From Iphione sp. A-MEVVRFRX5 (taxonomy: Eukaryota): a stretch of 64,000 nucleotides of DNA. The position numbers and the translations under genes were made by a program. The stretch lies in the NCBI GenBank assembly GCA_976226885.1, contig OZ320315.1:42036001-42100000 (forward strand), in the 5' to 3' direction. A model generated the notes under the pieces. The model ran no database searches, had not been told where the DNA came from, and saw only the letters and a list, made by a program, of their open reading frames with translations. Shown here piece by piece: positions 62,246 through 64,000 of the stretch. Positions within the stretch are counted from its first letter, which is position 1; the number at the start of each line of letters is the position of its first letter.

Positions 62246-64000
62246 TTTATTTTCTAAACAGCTCTGGAGATAAGGTATGGCTTTACTTTGCTATCGTGGC
62301 CAGAACAGCTCTGGCTCTTGATATGACAGACTGAGGTCCACCTCTGACCCCATGGGAAAGCGATCGGTGTACAGTGTCACACCTGGAGCAGATAGGCCGC
62401 ACTAGAGCTACTCCAGCGATGACGGCACGCCTGAGCCGCACATCTCTGGGTGGGCCGAGGTTCTGCCCGCAAAATAGGAAAAAGGCTTGTACGGGCCTAC
62501 CACGAAACGAGAGAATATCCATAGTCCTATAATTTTTAGGGGGGGCACCTTCTGTAAAGTAGCTTACCAAAGTCAAGATAATATTTCTCTGGTAAATTCA
62601 TATAATCTTAAGATTGGCATATTCTTCCCAGTAGAAAAAAATTGTCGCAGCTTTATTCATTTAATAGAAGACAATGCTATATACATTGTTTATGTAAATA
62701 AAGCTGCGATGTGAATATATAAGCTGTGCTATCACTTGAACATCATAATTGGGTTGCTCTGTTTTGGCCTTGTTTTATTTTAGATAGATCTGGAACGTTG
62801 TGGATGGTATCGGGCCAAATCACTTTATTTAAAGAATGGTATGGGTGTTTTGAATAATGATAAAACAGTGAATTACTTTCAATTATAATAGCACTTATCC
62901 TAGGGAGATATATCTACAGTCAGACAAGGGGAACATAAAGCTGCTTGCCGTAGGGCATCTGATTTCAGTGTTTTGCTGTTAATTCCCACTCTAATTTTCC
63001 AGGTTCCTGGAAAGATATTTGAGTGATTTTCTTGAGCACATAACCTTTTAAAGCTTTTATTATCAAATAATTACAGAGGTTGAGCCCTTTCGTTTACATT
63101 ATTCCTTTGTTACCTTTCTACAGCGCGCCTAAACTTCCCATAGCCAGAAGGATCTCGGTCGATTTGTATGCTTTTTCCTTTAGTTCTTTCTTCCAGTATA
63201 TGTAATGTTGGTTAAATTGGCATATGTCCAAAGAGAATAAATATGTGACGCAATCATTGCGTTTCTTCGTGACGTTCCTTTGCCGTTAACAGAAATATCA
63301 CAAACTAAAAAGCCCACTGCTGACTTTTGACCAAACAGGACCTCCCCCCCCCCAATATTTAATGAAGAATTTCCCGTTTTCAGGTGTTGTTTAAGTTATG
63401 GCTCTTTGCCCTCAGGTTTAGTCTGTTTTGCTCGCCTTCATGATGTGGTTCAATTAATTTTTGTCTGGCGGAGTAACGAATGCAACGTGTGGAGATTGCC
63501 AGCATGACCCCAGCGACCTTGGGACCGACCCTCCCATCCAAACATGCCGGCTTGCCACCAAGTGCCTTTCCTGTACAGGTTGCACCTAGACATGGGGCAT
63601 GACCTTTGGGCTGGGATCCGAATAAGGAAGATGAACCTTTCTATGTTTGAAAATGAATAGCAACTCCAGTTAAAGTTCCTGTAACTTATAACTTCTAGAG
63701 GTGTTTCGTCTTCGACCTCTGTACCTTCAAGCCTAATTTTAAAGATGATTTTTATTAATATTGGGCGGCGAGGAGGTTCTTGTTTTCAAAGCAACCAGTA
63801 GACACCGTGTGGTCATAACAGTCACCGCCGTTGGCCCTTGGCACAGATCCTGTTGCCTGGTATGAGAGGATGACGATTCAATAGACTCTAAACAAACACC
63901 ACAAATGAAATGGGCGGAGGAGAGGCAAGGGACAGTACTTATCCTCAAACGACGGTCTGTCTCTCCCAGTGCTCAGGTATACAAAAGCTACACCTCCATG

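Noticed and set aside
1-64000. CRISPR array, cassette array or RSS array
   Set aside because: No regularly spaced conserved repeat was found. CACAGTG heptamers are scattered without nonamers, and shared 12-13-mers between distant sites are expected by chance at this length.
1-64000. Hammerhead ribozymes at CTGATGA/CTGACGA sites (e.g. about 2763, 22442, 34964, 52164)
   Set aside because: None has a stem II followed by GAAA in the required geometry.
58117-64000. Next PTK7 exon (Ig5)
   Set aside because: The AG acceptors I tested (63003, 63123, 63382) hit stops within a few codons; the exon probably lies beyond the window.

Overview
This is eukaryotic genomic DNA, probably an invertebrate chordate such as amphioxus (inferred from protein similarity and repeat style, not proven). 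The only intact coding content is three consecutive, phase-compatible exons of a PTK7/off-track-like Ig-domain receptor on the + strand (4902-5032, 23899-24028, 57950-58116). They are separated by 18.9-kb and 33.9-kb introns, and there is a 159-N gap at 25672-25830. The introns look featureless, but about 35 segments (roughly 20 kb by span, split about evenly between strands) translate into very degenerate relics of APE-type non-LTR retrotransposon ORF2 (CR1/L2-group-like). Several keep reverse-transcriptase motifs in the correct order over 1-2 kb. These calls are by-eye matches to motif consensus recalled from memory, not database hits, so each needs an HMM check. Younger-looking DNA-transposon derivatives are also present: a CACTA/EnSpm-like element at 55236-56865 and a Harbinger-like MITE at 58409-58713. 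I cannot support a new multi-gene system, CRISPR array, RNA gene or ribozyme. The best lead is the dense retroelement mosaic and the fact that several relics degenerate in frame (ruined motifs but open frames and codon-sized indels). That pattern needs an explanation: biological, ascertainment bias, or a non-natural origin of the sequence.
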